Positions 1 to 10,890 of a stretch of DNA of 64,000 bases are shown here, in pieces (within the stretch, counting starts at the first letter, position 1; each line of letters starts with the position of its first letter). The stretch comes from Lama guanicoe (taxonomy: Eukaryota): positions 755,190 to 819,189 of the forward strand of contig MU053334.1 in NCBI GenBank assembly GCA_013239625.1. Reading direction: 5' to 3'. Both the position numbers and the translations under genes were made by a program. A model generated the notes under the pieces. That model searched no databases and was not told where the DNA came from. It saw only the letters and a list, made by a program, of their open reading frames with translations.

Positions 1-200
1 AGTGACGCGCAGGGCGCCGCCTGCTGGGAGATGTAGTCCCGGTGGCCCCGCCCACTCGCCTGCGGCGCCCGGGTCCCCGGGGAGCTGTTCCTTCGCAGCC
101 CGGCTGTCCCCCTGCTCCCCACATTTCCCCCAAGCGCTGGCTGCCCCATCTCGCCAGAGGGAAGCGGCCCCTCCATCCGCCCCTCTCCGCCAGGTACCCT
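1..200. promoter_or_regulatory. Edge of a CpG-island promoter with a ZNF143/THAP11 (SBS) motif; probably the neighbouring gene's promoter (MOB2 by human synteny, not shown by the sequence)
   Basis: Minus strand of ~19-40 reads GGGACTACATCTCCCAGCAGGC, matching the ACTACAnnTCCCA motif; TGACG half-CRE at 3-7; CpG-rich. Confidence 0.6.
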
Positions 201-1399
201 CCTTCCCCGGGCCCTCTCTACAGGCTCAGGAAGCCTCAAATATCAGGCTGAGCGCTCAGTTGCCTTCAACAGATAGGTCTGGGTGGAAAGGAATTTATGC
301 ACGGATACTGGGTAGCTCACAGCACTGCCAGGAGAGCCGGGGAGGTGGAGAACTTCTGAGACCATGGGCCACTCACAGGGGCCTCTTCTGTGACTCTAAG
401 CCCCCGGTCTCCTGCCCTTCCCCCTGGTGGAGACCAGCAAGTGAAACCTTTCCATCCCAGCCTCCCTGGCAGCAGCGGGGGTCCAAGGACGCAGCTACAG
501 TCAAGGGGGTAAACCAGAGGTCTGCTGGGGAGGCTCCCTTCCCCAAAGGAAGGACCAAGCCTGGGGCAGAGAGGTGCTTGGACTTCTGCTGCTTCTGCAG
601 GGGCATGATGCCTGGAGGTACAAGACCACAGGGATGGACGCCTCTGGCTAAGAACAAGGATGGAGAAGACAGAACTTAGGACCCGGCTGACATGCTGCCC
701 GCCGTAGTGTGCCCGCCCTTTAGATACTTGAAACACCACTCACCCCTCCCTGACGGGCCCAACCTGAGTCTTGTCTGGGCCGGTCAGGTGCGCGGAGACA
801 CTGTTCTCCTTTTATTGTCTTCATCCCTGTGTGGCTCACAGGGAAAACCGCACACTTTTCCACCAACCACCTGAGACAGTGAGGAAAGACACTCCCCACA
901 GACAAAGGAAAGTGGGGAACTCGCTTAACACACAGCTGCTCAGAAAGGAGCAACACGCAGATAGCCGCCTGGGGCTCCGTCCATACAGCCCAACAAGTGG
1001 CCGTGGTTGAAATGCACGACTTCGCCTGGTGCCAGGCACTCTGCAGTTGCCTCACTGCCTAGCACAGTGACCCAAAGCATCCTTCCTGAGGAGTGCAAGC
1101 CCTGGGAGTTCCTGTGTGCACCCAGTTGCTACAACCTTCCCTTAACTGTCACTGGAGCTTCAGGCAGTCCTCCAAGGTTGTGTCCACCTTCCTGCCTCAC
1201 TACCAGCAGTCCTGTGTCTCCATGGGAGTCTGGGTTTTGGGTCTGTGCTCTTCCACTTACTGACTGGGTGACTTGGATAAGTTGTTTAATGTCCCAGTGA
1301 CTCAAGGCCTTTATTAGTGTAATGGGAGTAATAATGTGATCAGGTCACAGGTATCGGCTGAAGATGAGGAAGCAGGGAGGTATGACTTGGTGTATCAGG

Positions 1400-1560
1400 A
1401 GGGTGACCCACCTGCTCAGGCAACTTACTTGTGCTCCAGGTCCATCCACTTTCCCCTTGCTGATGGTTTCCTGTGAGGCACACCCCACTTTATGGCTTCA
1501 TGTCAGCCAGTCTGTAATGGGCAGTTCAGATCTCATGGTCATGTGATGTCCCATTGTCTT
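1400..1560 (-). mobile_element. Further ERVL internal fragment (continuation of the pol relic)
   Basis: Minus strand ACCATGAGATCTGAACTGCCCATTA...GCCATAAAGTGGGGTGTG...CACAAGTAAGTTG resembles ERVL pol downstream of RT. Confidence 0.55.
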
Positions 1561-1949
1561 AGGGACAGCCCAGAAATGGACCTCAGTGGCAAGCCCGAAC
1601 TTATATCTCAGAGAATCATGATTTATTTCATAAGACGATATGGCTTTGCTCCAAAAGCCTGGGGCCCTCCTATCTCATTCTTCTATTAGAGTTGCCACAG
1701 TCCCCACAGAGCACCGCTGGATCTGTCGAGTCAGAAGTTCCAAGTGATAGAACTGCTTATAACGCAGCCTCAGCTAAATCTTCTTCTCAGTTCAAAGCTA
1801 GTACACCCTTAGGTCTCTTGATAATTTGATAAGAACCGTACACTCATTGAGTGCTGGTCAGAGACTGTACATTACTTGCCCAATATCCGTATCCTCTTCT
1901 TTCTTCTTCCTTTTCTTCTGATTCTCTTCCGTCGCCACCTCCTCCTTCT

Positions 1950-2290
1950 TTTACTCAGCTTCCCATGTAGACAGGGTGGCCGATGAGATGTAAATGGAAG
2001 TTGTTGGATCGCTTCCAGGAAATCCTTTTTGTCCTTCCTCCCCACCCCCATCCTGGTCCAGCCTCTTGCTTCCTGACAATAACAGGAAAATGATGGCTGG
2101 AGCTTCTGCAGCCATCTTGGACCATGAGGCATGCAAACAATGGCAAGGGCAGAAAGAAAGAATCTGAGTGCCTTTGGAAACTCTGGGACCTCCACAGCAG
2201 TCCTAAACTTCTTACCTCCTTTAACTGAAAAAAAAAAAATCTTAAGCCACTGTTCTTTCCAGTTTCTGTTATTTGAAGTTGAAGGCAACT
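1950..2290 (+). mobile_element. Ancient LTR (LTR16/LTR33/late MLT1-like) interrupting the ERVL relic
   Basis: Motifs gatggctggagct..gcagccatcttggaccatgagg and ttaagccactg...tttctgtta. Confidence 0.5.
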
Positions 2291-3040
2291 GCCTAATTGA
2301 TATACTTATCAAAATGGTTGTGTTCTTCCTAGTGCTGAGGTGCTCAAGGTGTAATAACCTGTCCTTCACTTTGGAGGGAATGTCTTGATATTCCCGGATG
2401 ACTGAGCCCCTCAAATTTCACCTAAGTGTGGCAAGTTCCTAAATTTTGGTGAGATCTGTCCCCTGGGCAAGCATGTCTGTTATTTCAGTGTCTAGACTAC
2501 CGCCAAGTCCTGGGCCCCACAGCCTATCAATGGGACATACCCAGGTAATGGAATGATGTGAGTCCTGAGATAACCTGCATCTGCAGGGACTAAACCCAGG
2601 GGAAGGGCGTAAGGGCTGATGCCCATTTGGCAGGACCGCAGCAGTCTGCCAGTAATCGTGACCAAGGGCAGCTCACTGCTCTGGGCACTCCTGGTTGATG
2701 GGATGGGGTGAGGAGTGTTTGCACAATCTGTAGCTGAGTAATAACTGTGCTGATTTGCTCCAGGAAGGACATCACATCAGGAAGGGCAGCTGCAGCTGGA
2801 ATCATCCTGGCTTTAAACTTGCAATAACCCGCTGTCATCACCAACCTGCCTCCATCTTCTGCACAGACCACACGAGTAAGTAAAACTGGAGTGGGACAGG
2901 AGCCTCGTCCTCTGCACCCTCCGGGTCTCTGGTGGTGGCACTAACCTCCATGACTTCTCTGGAGATGCAGTTCTGCTTGGGGGCCACTGTTTTGGCAGGG
3001 AGGTGCACCTGGAGGGGTTTCCCCTGAGCCCTTCCTCTGT
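2290..3040 (-). mobile_element. ERVL-class endogenous retrovirus internal (pol/RT) relic
   Basis: Broken translations match ERVL Pol motifs as recalled: PKQNCISREVMEVSATTRD, VWSVQKMEAGW, MTAGYCKF...AAALPDVMSFLEQI, DIPSKVKDRLLHL. Multiple frameshifts. Confidence 0.8.
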
Positions 3041-3044
3041 CCAC

Positions 3045-3270
3045 TCATCCAGTCACTTGGCAAATAAGTATTGAGGGCCAGCCACGTGGCAGGCCCTGCT
3101 CGGGTGCCCGGAATGCAGTGGTAGATAAAAAAAAACCCAAAACAACCCCTATGGAGCTTACAGGCTAGTGGGAGTAGATGGTCAAGGAAAAAAGTAAGAG
3201 AGACATATAGTACATTGACAAGTGGTCAGGACTCTGTAGAATGATGACACCTACAATGGGGACAAGGAAA
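3045..3270 (+). mobile_element. L2 3'-end fragment
   Basis: cactcatcca..caaataagtattgagggcca..ggccctgct..atggagcttacaggctagtggg pattern. Confidence 0.55.
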
Positions 3271-3277
3271 GCTGGGG

Positions 3278-3672
3278 GTTGTGGGTCGAATTGGCCCCAC
3301 CCCCTAAAAGAGGTACACTGAAGTCATCAGCCCCCAGACCTCAGAATGTGGCCTTATTTGGAAATAGAATAATTGCAGATTAAATTAGTGAAGATGAGGT
3401 CATCATGGAATAGGGTGGGCACCTAATCAAGTATTGCTAGTGCCCCTGTAAAAAGGGGATATTTGAGCACATAGCAAGGATGGTGAGAAGAGACGGGGGG
3501 AGGATGGCTCTCTGCAAGCCAACGAAAGGCCCGGGCCAGACCCTTCCCCCAGCAGCCCTCAGAAGGAAACAGACTGCCGACGCCACCCACAACCGTGAGA
3601 CAGTAAACTCCTGCTGTTATCGGCCACGCGGTTTGTGGTCCTCTGTTACAGCAGGCCGTCCTCACTGATACA
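3278..3672 (+). mobile_element. MaLR solo LTR (MLT1-type)
   Basis: acctcagaatgtggccttatttggaaatag...gatgaggtcat...agggtgggc..taatc; end gtttgtggtcctctgttacagcag..ctgataca. Confidence 0.8.
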
Positions 3673-5525
3673 CACGCCCATCCCCAACCTTGTCTTTTCC
3701 ACCAGACACTGGCCTTCTGCCCAAATTGTGAGGGGCACCTGGAGCCGTGTGCCAGCTGGGAGTTGCAGGGTGGGGAAACAGGGCCTTGGTTTTCCCAGTT
3801 ATGCTTTGCTCTGGACTGGGGACTTCTTGAGGCAGGACCCCCAGGAATCCCCCAAAGGAAGCTGTCCTCTGTTGTGGGTGGAGGGTGAGGCTTCCAGGGT
3901 AAGAGTGACCACATGGACAAGTCTGAAGGGAGGAAGCTGACTCTCAGCGGCCGATGCTGGGCACCAGCATCGAGCCCTGCTGGGTCCTCCCTTCTCCTGC
4001 ACCGCCTCCAGCCTGACCCTGTCTGTCCGTCCCGCAGGCCCGCTCACTGCCGGCGCTGTGGGCAGAGGGCCGCCCTCCGGCTGCCTTCCCTTCTGCCTGA
4101 CAACCAGTGGGGAGCACGTTCAGTTTGCTGTTCCAGAGCGTCCCCTCCCAGGGCCTGGTTGCCCGGCCAGGAGGCCTTGTCACGGGCCGGGCCACCTGAT
4201 GGTCTTTCTCCTACACTCGGAGGCTCTCTCTTGCCTTCCGAGCTGGTTCTTGTGTCTGGGACAGTCCCAGGTGAGGCTGAGAGTGAGTGACAGCTGGGCC
4301 AGGGCAGCAGAGAGGGCGGCCCTTGTGTCCCTGCCATCACAGAGGTCAGTGTTTCCTTGTCTCAGGGAAGCCGAGGGGTCTGCTTTGGGGAAGGCACTGC
4401 GGGAAGCCAGCCTCCTGGGATCTGCAGAGGTGGGTGGCCCCCCATCGACCCACTGCTGGCCTTCCCCCTCCCAAGGCATAGGCTCTTCCAGTCCCTCAGC
4501 TGCCAGGGAGGATGCCCTCCTGCAGATCCACACTTACTCACTCAGAGATCTCAGGAAGGAGACAAGGACTCTTAGAGGGACAGGGACGTGTCCAGATGCC
4601 TTAGTGAGCAAGTGGGGAGCTGGGATTCCAGAACCATCTGTTCCCAAGCCCGGGATCTTCCCTCTACATTCTGCCTGGCAGAGGGGCTCTCCTCCCTGCA
4701 TCCTGAGCAGACAGTGGAAGAGGTCACCCATGGGAGCAGCCCTTGGAGCGGTCCTGTCTGGCAGTAGCAGAAGGGCTGAGCTGCCTGGAGAGTGCCCCTC
4801 CCCCTGCAGAGAGCAGGAAAACCCCTTTTGGGGGGCAGTCATCTTAGGTTCTGAGGAAGTAGGGGCTGGGATTACTTCTGGGGCACTCACCACCTGTCCA
4901 CCCACGGCCTCTACCCGCTACCCCCTCCCAGCCTCTGCCCTTTTCCATTGCGCCCTCCCCGGCTCAATTTCCTGGGCTGGTCGGGGCAGAGCAGTCTAAG
5001 GTTCCCTATGCCATGGCCCTGGCAGGCGGCAGTGAAAGGAGCAGGCCTGGGAGGGAGTCAGGAGACTGGGCCCTCCTCCCCACATGCCGCTAGCCAGCTC
5101 CAGCTCACCCCTGTCTCCTCCATTCAATGGGCAGGGGCTATTAGACATTGGGGGGGGTCCCCAAATGCTACATCTCCCAGTGTGCACATGCAGCAGGCTC
5201 CCTGGAGAAGCTGGGAATACAGATTCCTGGGCCCTATCTCCCCCCCCGCCTCTGTAGGTCTGGATGGAGCCCAGGAATCTGTGTTTGAAGATGCTCTCAG
5301 GGGACCCTGAAGGGCAAGAAGCCATGGACCAGATGGTCCCTGGTGGCTTTTCCTGGTCCTGACTGAACTGGTGCCTTCTATCTCTGGTCTGAGGGCTCCA
5401 GGCAGTCAGGCCGGCTCCACAGCTGGAAATCCTGGTGCCCAGAGCAGGCTGCTGAGCAGAGCAGTGAGACAGGTGTGCGGGGCCGCCCCTGGTCATGTCC
5501 ATGCCTACTGGCTGATTCCCGCCAT

Positions 5526-5750
5526 TGGCTGCACTCTGTCCTACCCAAAATGATATGTCAGTCCTTACCTCTCCCCTCCCAGTGCCCCAGAATGGGACCT
5601 TACTTGGAAATACGGTCTTTGCAGATAAAATTAGCTAAGATAAGGTCACCAGGTGGGCCCTAATCTTATATGACGGGTGTCCTTATAAACTGGGGACGTT
5701 TGAACACAGACACACACACAGGAGGATGCTTTTGACCATGAAGGCAGAGC
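5526..5750 (+). mobile_element. MaLR LTR 5' part (MLT1-type)
   Basis: agaatgggaccttacttggaaatacggtctttgcagat...ggtgggccctaatc..atgacgggtgtccttataa. Confidence 0.75.
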
Positions 5751-6299
5751 TCTGGGACTGTCAGTGCTGGGCCCTTCTGGGCAGAGCGGGCAGAGGCGGA
5801 CCCCCAACAGAGGGAGACAAGTGTGTCTGCTCAGCAATGGGACGGAGGATTTGAGTGAGGCCCTGCACCTAAGACTGGGGGAGCCACGGAGGAGCATGGA
5901 GTGACACTAGCAGAACCAGGCAGGGGCACCTTCGAGGAAGAGAAGAGGACCTGGCCCCAGGCGGGTTCTTTGTAGGCCGCTCAGTGGAGGGGGGAGGGAC
6001 CAATGGAGGAGGCCAGAAACCAGAGGCCAGGCGGTTGGTGAGAGGTGCAGGGGGGCGGGCTGCGGGCCTAGTCAAGAACGGTGCTGCTTACTGGAGGGCA
6101 GTGGGGTGAGGATGGGGAAGGAGGGGTGAAGGGCTGTGGGCCAGGGGCAGGGAAGGGAGTTGGAGTTGCTGAGAGGGAAGGGAGACTAGGTAGCACCCAG
6201 CAGCTTGGCATTTCCGGGTCTGAAGGCCAAGGATGAAATCTGGCTGGAGACACAGTGGTGGCAGTTGACAGCATTTGTGTCCCTGATGCCTTGGGTATG

Positions 6300-8700
6300 G
6301 CTGCGGGGCAGGGCGGCCAGAGCAGGTGGAGATTGCGGGCAGTTGAAGCTGCAGACCCGCCAAGGGGAGGGCGTCAGAAGGAAGATTGAGGGGAGGGTGC
6401 CGTGGGGCTGGAGGCCGCTGAAGACTCGGACTCCCAGGCCACCCTTCCAGCCTGCAGGGCCCCTGGGATGTGCGGAGGCTGGGGGTCCTGGCCCGAGAAC
6501 CGGCTGCCCCTCTGCTGGCGCGGGCAGCAGGTGGCGCTGCCGGCTGCTCTCGGGGTTCTGGAAGTGTGGGGACGGGTGACCCGCGAGCCCAGGTGGGAGC
6601 CCGAGGCCGGAGAGGAGCGCCCAGTGCGCTGGGCCCGGCGGGCCTAGCCTGGAGGGGCGCTCGCCTCATCCCCGCCCGGCAGGTGTTTAGTTGTCTGGGG
6701 CCGGGCCGGGCCGTGGGCGGGGGCGGAGGCCGGCGATACCCACGGGCTTCCGCGCGGAGCAGGTGCTCACCGCGCCCCTCTCGGCTCGGGGCCCGGGCCA
6801 GCGAGGGTGCGCAGAGGACGGGAGCGCAGGGGCAGCGGCGCTTTGAGGATGAAGGGCGCCGCGGCGGGCCGGGCAGGCAGCGTCCGGGGGTGGGCGCGGC
6901 TTTCCCGGCATGAGCTCCGCGCGAGCCGGCGGCGCACCCACCGCGCCTAGCCTCCAGGCCCTCGGGCCTTGGGGCTGGCCCGGCGGTACCCGCCGGTTGG
7001 GGGGGATCTTGGCTCCTGGGAGGAGGACCCCAGGGTTGAGAATGTGATGGGGGCGCTTCCAGAAAGCCTAGAGGCCGGCTGCTCCCGCCCCAGCTAGGAC
7101 GCTCTGGGCGCCCCTACACCTGGGCTGACGTCGCCGCCCAGCCCAGCAGCCCCGCCGATGCTGGTGGGACCGCGCCCACTCCCCACGCTGGCGTTGCAGC
7201 CGCTTCTTCCCCCTACTGGGTCTTCGGCCTTGGGGAGGAGCAGGGCAGCCACCACCTGCGGGGAGAGGTGAGAGCCCCCATCGTCCCCTCCCCTTCCCCG
7301 TCCTAGGGCCCCAAATCCTGCCCCTCCTGGAGCTTCCTGTTAGGGTTGACTCACAGGGAAGGGCCTTATCAGCTGCTCCCGCGCCACCCTCTTGTTCTTT
7401 ATCCGTTCCCAGCCTGCCAGCTCCCCTCCCCACGGGTGACCACCAGCAGAAACCAGGAGCGGAGAGGGGCGGGCGCCTGGATGGGGGAACCTTAGAAAGG
7501 GTGAACTCCCCGTGGGAACCGTGCGTGAAGTCACGGGGCCAAGGGGAACTCAAGGAGGAAGCCCTGAGGTTCTCTCCTTCACCTCTGTGCCCCGCGTGAG
7601 GTCGCAGTCCTGCAGGCCCTGTTCAGATCCCCAGATAAGATGGTGGGAAAGGGCGGAGTTTCGCTTCTGCCCGTCCTGGGAGACTTCAGGAAGGGGGGCC
7701 GCTCTACCCGCAGGCCCCCTGGGAGCGGGAGGCCGAGAGCCAGGCGGGGAGCTGTGGCCGGCACAAGCCCCATCCCGCCCCGCACCGGCCCCCACCCCCG
7801 CCTCCGGCATCCGGCTGGCTTGACTTCACCCTGCCTCCCCAAACGTTTCCGGGGACGGACACCCCGTTGGACGGCGGCGGGGGTGGGGCTCTAGAACGGG
7901 GCTTTGTTTTCTCCCCTGGCCTCAGGCGTTCCGGTCCTTTCTCCTCCCGTCGGCGCTCCGGGACTCCGGCCCCTTCCCCCCACTTCTATTTCAAGCTCTC
8001 CTTGGCTATTTATAGCTACGTCAGCCGATTGCGTCAGGCTGAGTCTGGCTTCGACCAGCCCCGACGCCAGTGGTGCCACCACCCCGGTCCCGGGCCGTCA
8101 CCTGCCCTGCTGGGTCCCGGGGGCGGCCCCAGGTGTGGACGCTCGGGCGGCGCGCACGGCCTGGGGCCGGGACGCCGCGGGGGTGGGGGTGGGGGAGCCC
8201 TGGGAGGGCACGTGCCGCGGGCCGAAGGGGAGACGCCCCGCCTCATTCGAGGCAGGGAGCGGGTAAGGGGCAGCTCTCCCCGGGCTCCCAGGGTTGCCAC
8301 GCTCGGCTGCCCCGAGGAAAGGCTTTCGCTGCTCAAGTCAAATTTGGCGTTTGCAGAGAGACGGAGAAGCCGATGTCCGCCCGCGGCTGCCTCCCTGAGG
8401 CCAGCCCCTACGCGCGGGCCCCTGGGGGTGACGGTGGAAGGCCTGCTCTGCTTTGAAAGACGGGAGGGAGCTCCCCAGGGACCTGCCTAGGGTTGGCCGA
8501 GGCCTGGCCCAGGCGTCCTCCTGCCCCACAGCCTTTGTGCGCTTGGCGTGGGGGCGGGGGCGGGGCGCGTTTGTCTCCGCCGCCCACCGCCGGCGCTGCC
8601 TCCGGAAGCTGGACCTCTTTCGCCGCCTGGTTCCCTGCTGGCTGCCCAAGACTGGTTTTGGTCCCCTCCTCAGAGGGAGCCACTCCTTGTTGCCCCTTCT
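6300..8700. promoter_or_regulatory. Intergenic CpG island / enhancer downstream of DUSP8 with MEF2, CRE-like, AP-1 and CTCF-like motifs
   Basis: High CpG density; CTATTTATAG 8006-8015; TACGTCA 8017-8023; TTGCGTCA 8029-8036; TGACTCA 7347-7353; GCAGCAGGTGGCGCTG 6524-6539. Confidence 0.7.
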
Positions 8701-8845
8701 CCCTTCTGCCTTCATAAAGCCACCATCACATCGTTAGAGCCAGCTGCCCGTCTGTCTGCCCAGCGCAGCCCCCTCCCAGTCTGGGAGAGTGGGACACCCA
8801 CTGCCCGTTTCCGCTCTTCACACCCTCAGAGGCTCTGCGGCGTCT

Positions 8846-8939
8846 CCTTTTTTCTTTTCTAATTGAAGTATAGTCAGTTTGTGATGTGCCAGTTTCTGGT
8901 GTCCAGCATCATGTCTTGAGCCACACACACACACACACG

Positions 8940-8974
<35 letters not shown>

Positions 8975-9480
8975 GCATTCCTTTTCATGTCCTTGCTCAC
9001 GATAGGGTACCGCAAGACACTGGGTGCCGTCCCTGCGCTCTGCGGAGGAAGCTCGTTTGTTTCATATGTACTAGTGAGTGTCTGCAAACCTAGAACCCCC
9101 GATTTCTCCTTCCCCCACCCTTTCCCCCCAGTAACCATACGTTTGTTCTCTATGTGAGTCTGTTTCTGTTTGGTAAATAAGTTCATTTGTGTCTTTTTTT
9201 TTTAGATCCCACATATGCGTGGTATCACGGTACTTTTCTTTCCCTTTCTGACTTACTTCACTTAGAACGAGGATCTCCAGGTGCATTGATGTTGCTGCAA
9301 GTGGCATTATTTTATTCTGTTTTATAGCTGAGTAGTATTCTGTTGTATAAACACACCACAGCTTATTTACCCAGTCGTCTGTTGATGGACGTTTAGGTTA
9401 TCTCCATGTCTTGGCTGTTGTAAATGCTGCTGCTGTGAACGTTGAGGTGCATTGTCTTTTTGAATTAGAGTTCCCCCTGG
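8846..9480 (-). mobile_element. LINE-1 3' end (artiodactyl/camelid type), with internal CA/CG microsatellite at 8923-8975
   Basis: ttttctaattgaagtatagtcagttt start; tagatcccacatatg..ctgacttacttcactta..atctccaggt..catt..tgttgctgcaa. Confidence 0.85.
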
Positions 9481-10154
9481 ATGTATTATGGCTTCTCCTT
9501 GACTGCAGAAGTCCTCTCCCCTGCCCTAGACAGACCATATTTCATCGGTTTTGCAGAAATTCCCCCACCCCGCCTGCCGTTCAGAGCCGTGCAGAGCCAC
9601 GCCTCACTTCCCATCAGAGGTGGTCCACTTCTGCAAGGCCCCAGCAATGTGCACGCCCACCTCTGCCCTCTCCAAATACAGCCTGGACTTGAGAGCCTCC
9701 CCGAGAACCTGCCTTCTTCACCCCCTGCTCAGAGCTCCCTCAGGTCTGAGCCTCAGAAGCACTGTGACAAATCCATCTGCAAGAAGACTGGTCTGAGCAG
9801 AAGGGGTCTGAGGGCCACTGAGACCAGCTACTTCCTAGATGCTTTCAGAGGCTGCTCTGCCTGGCAGAGTGGAGCTTGGAGATCAGGGAACTGAGTCAGC
9901 CTCCCACTCTACCCTGACTCTGGGGGATGCTGAAGTTGGTTCCCCTCCGTGGGCCTTGGCGAGGGCTGGACTGGGTCTCTACAGTGGTGTGCAGCTCTGA
10001 GACTGGTGATTTGTGGCTTGTTCATTGAACATTTTCTGGCACCTTCTGTACCAAGGACCGGATGCCTGTGTTCCAGTGGGAGAATGGAGGTAAGCACACA
10101 GCTTTGATAAAAGGCCGATTGGTAGAAGTGCACTAGGTGTGTGATAGAATGTTA

Positions 10155-10445
10155 CTATTCACCCACCTTCTTTCCCTCCTTCTCTGCCTTCCATCCATCC
10201 ATCCATCCATCTCCTCACCCACCCTCCCATTTACCCATCTATCCATCTCCACCCTCAACTACCTACCCACCCATTCATCCATCTGCTCATCCACATACCC
10301 CTATCCACCCATCCACTCCTTAATCACCCATCCTCCCAACCATCATCCATCCATGCATCCATCCATCCATCCATCCATGTGCCCTCTCTCCCTCCCAGCC
10401 ACTCACCTACCCACTCATCCATCTATCCACCCACCAGCCGTCCAC
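10155..10445. repeat. (CCAT)n-like low-complexity repeat, probably an L2-tail derivative
   Basis: Runs of ccatccatccat and cacccaccta. Confidence 0.8.
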
Positions 10446-10464
10446 CGCTGCAGTCTAAGTGCCT

Positions 10465-10890
10465 GATAATTAGGTTTTTTGGTTGTCAAGTGCCTGATTG
10501 TTGTCAAGCTTTTGATTATTGAGGTGTCCATCCATTTGGAACAAACACATGGCCACCTACACAACTGAAGAGCCAGGCCGCCCCACCCATGAGGGTCCCT
10601 GTTCAGAAAGCCCTGGATGACAGATAACTGATCCCTTGTGTGACCCCATGTTTCCCGTTCCATACCTTAATTCCCACTTTTGTCTTAATTCACCAATGAA
10701 GAGTAAATTCTCAAAACCCTGGGCCCCCCAGCCTTGACCCCAATAAGAGCAGAACCCCAGGTCTACACTCTCTCTCTTCCTGTGACCTCTCTGTGTGATC
10801 CCCGGTGTGCTGTGTATCTTCCAGGCTCTGTGAGTAACAAACTTTGTTTTTCCGAAGTTCTCTGGCGGTTGTTGTTGAGCGGTGTGGCGG
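10465..10890 (+). mobile_element. Probable ERV solo LTR
   Basis: LTR-like order CCAAT, TATA-like caataagag, pyrimidine tract, poly(A)-like gtaacaaac; it splits the CCAT/L2 tract. Family not identified. Confidence 0.45.

Noticed and set aside
2..5000. Long ORFs such as 2-679 and 4058-4999 (also 20027-20878, 31722-32693)
   Set aside because: Non-ATG or weak starts, low-complexity Pro/Gly/Arg/Ser content and no recognisable domain; expected by chance in GC-rich DNA.
6687..6941. MOB2 coding first exon near the minus-strand donor at ~6770
   Set aside because: A donor-like GCG|GTGAGC exists, but the translation does not resemble MOB2; a non-coding exon cannot be supported from sequence alone.
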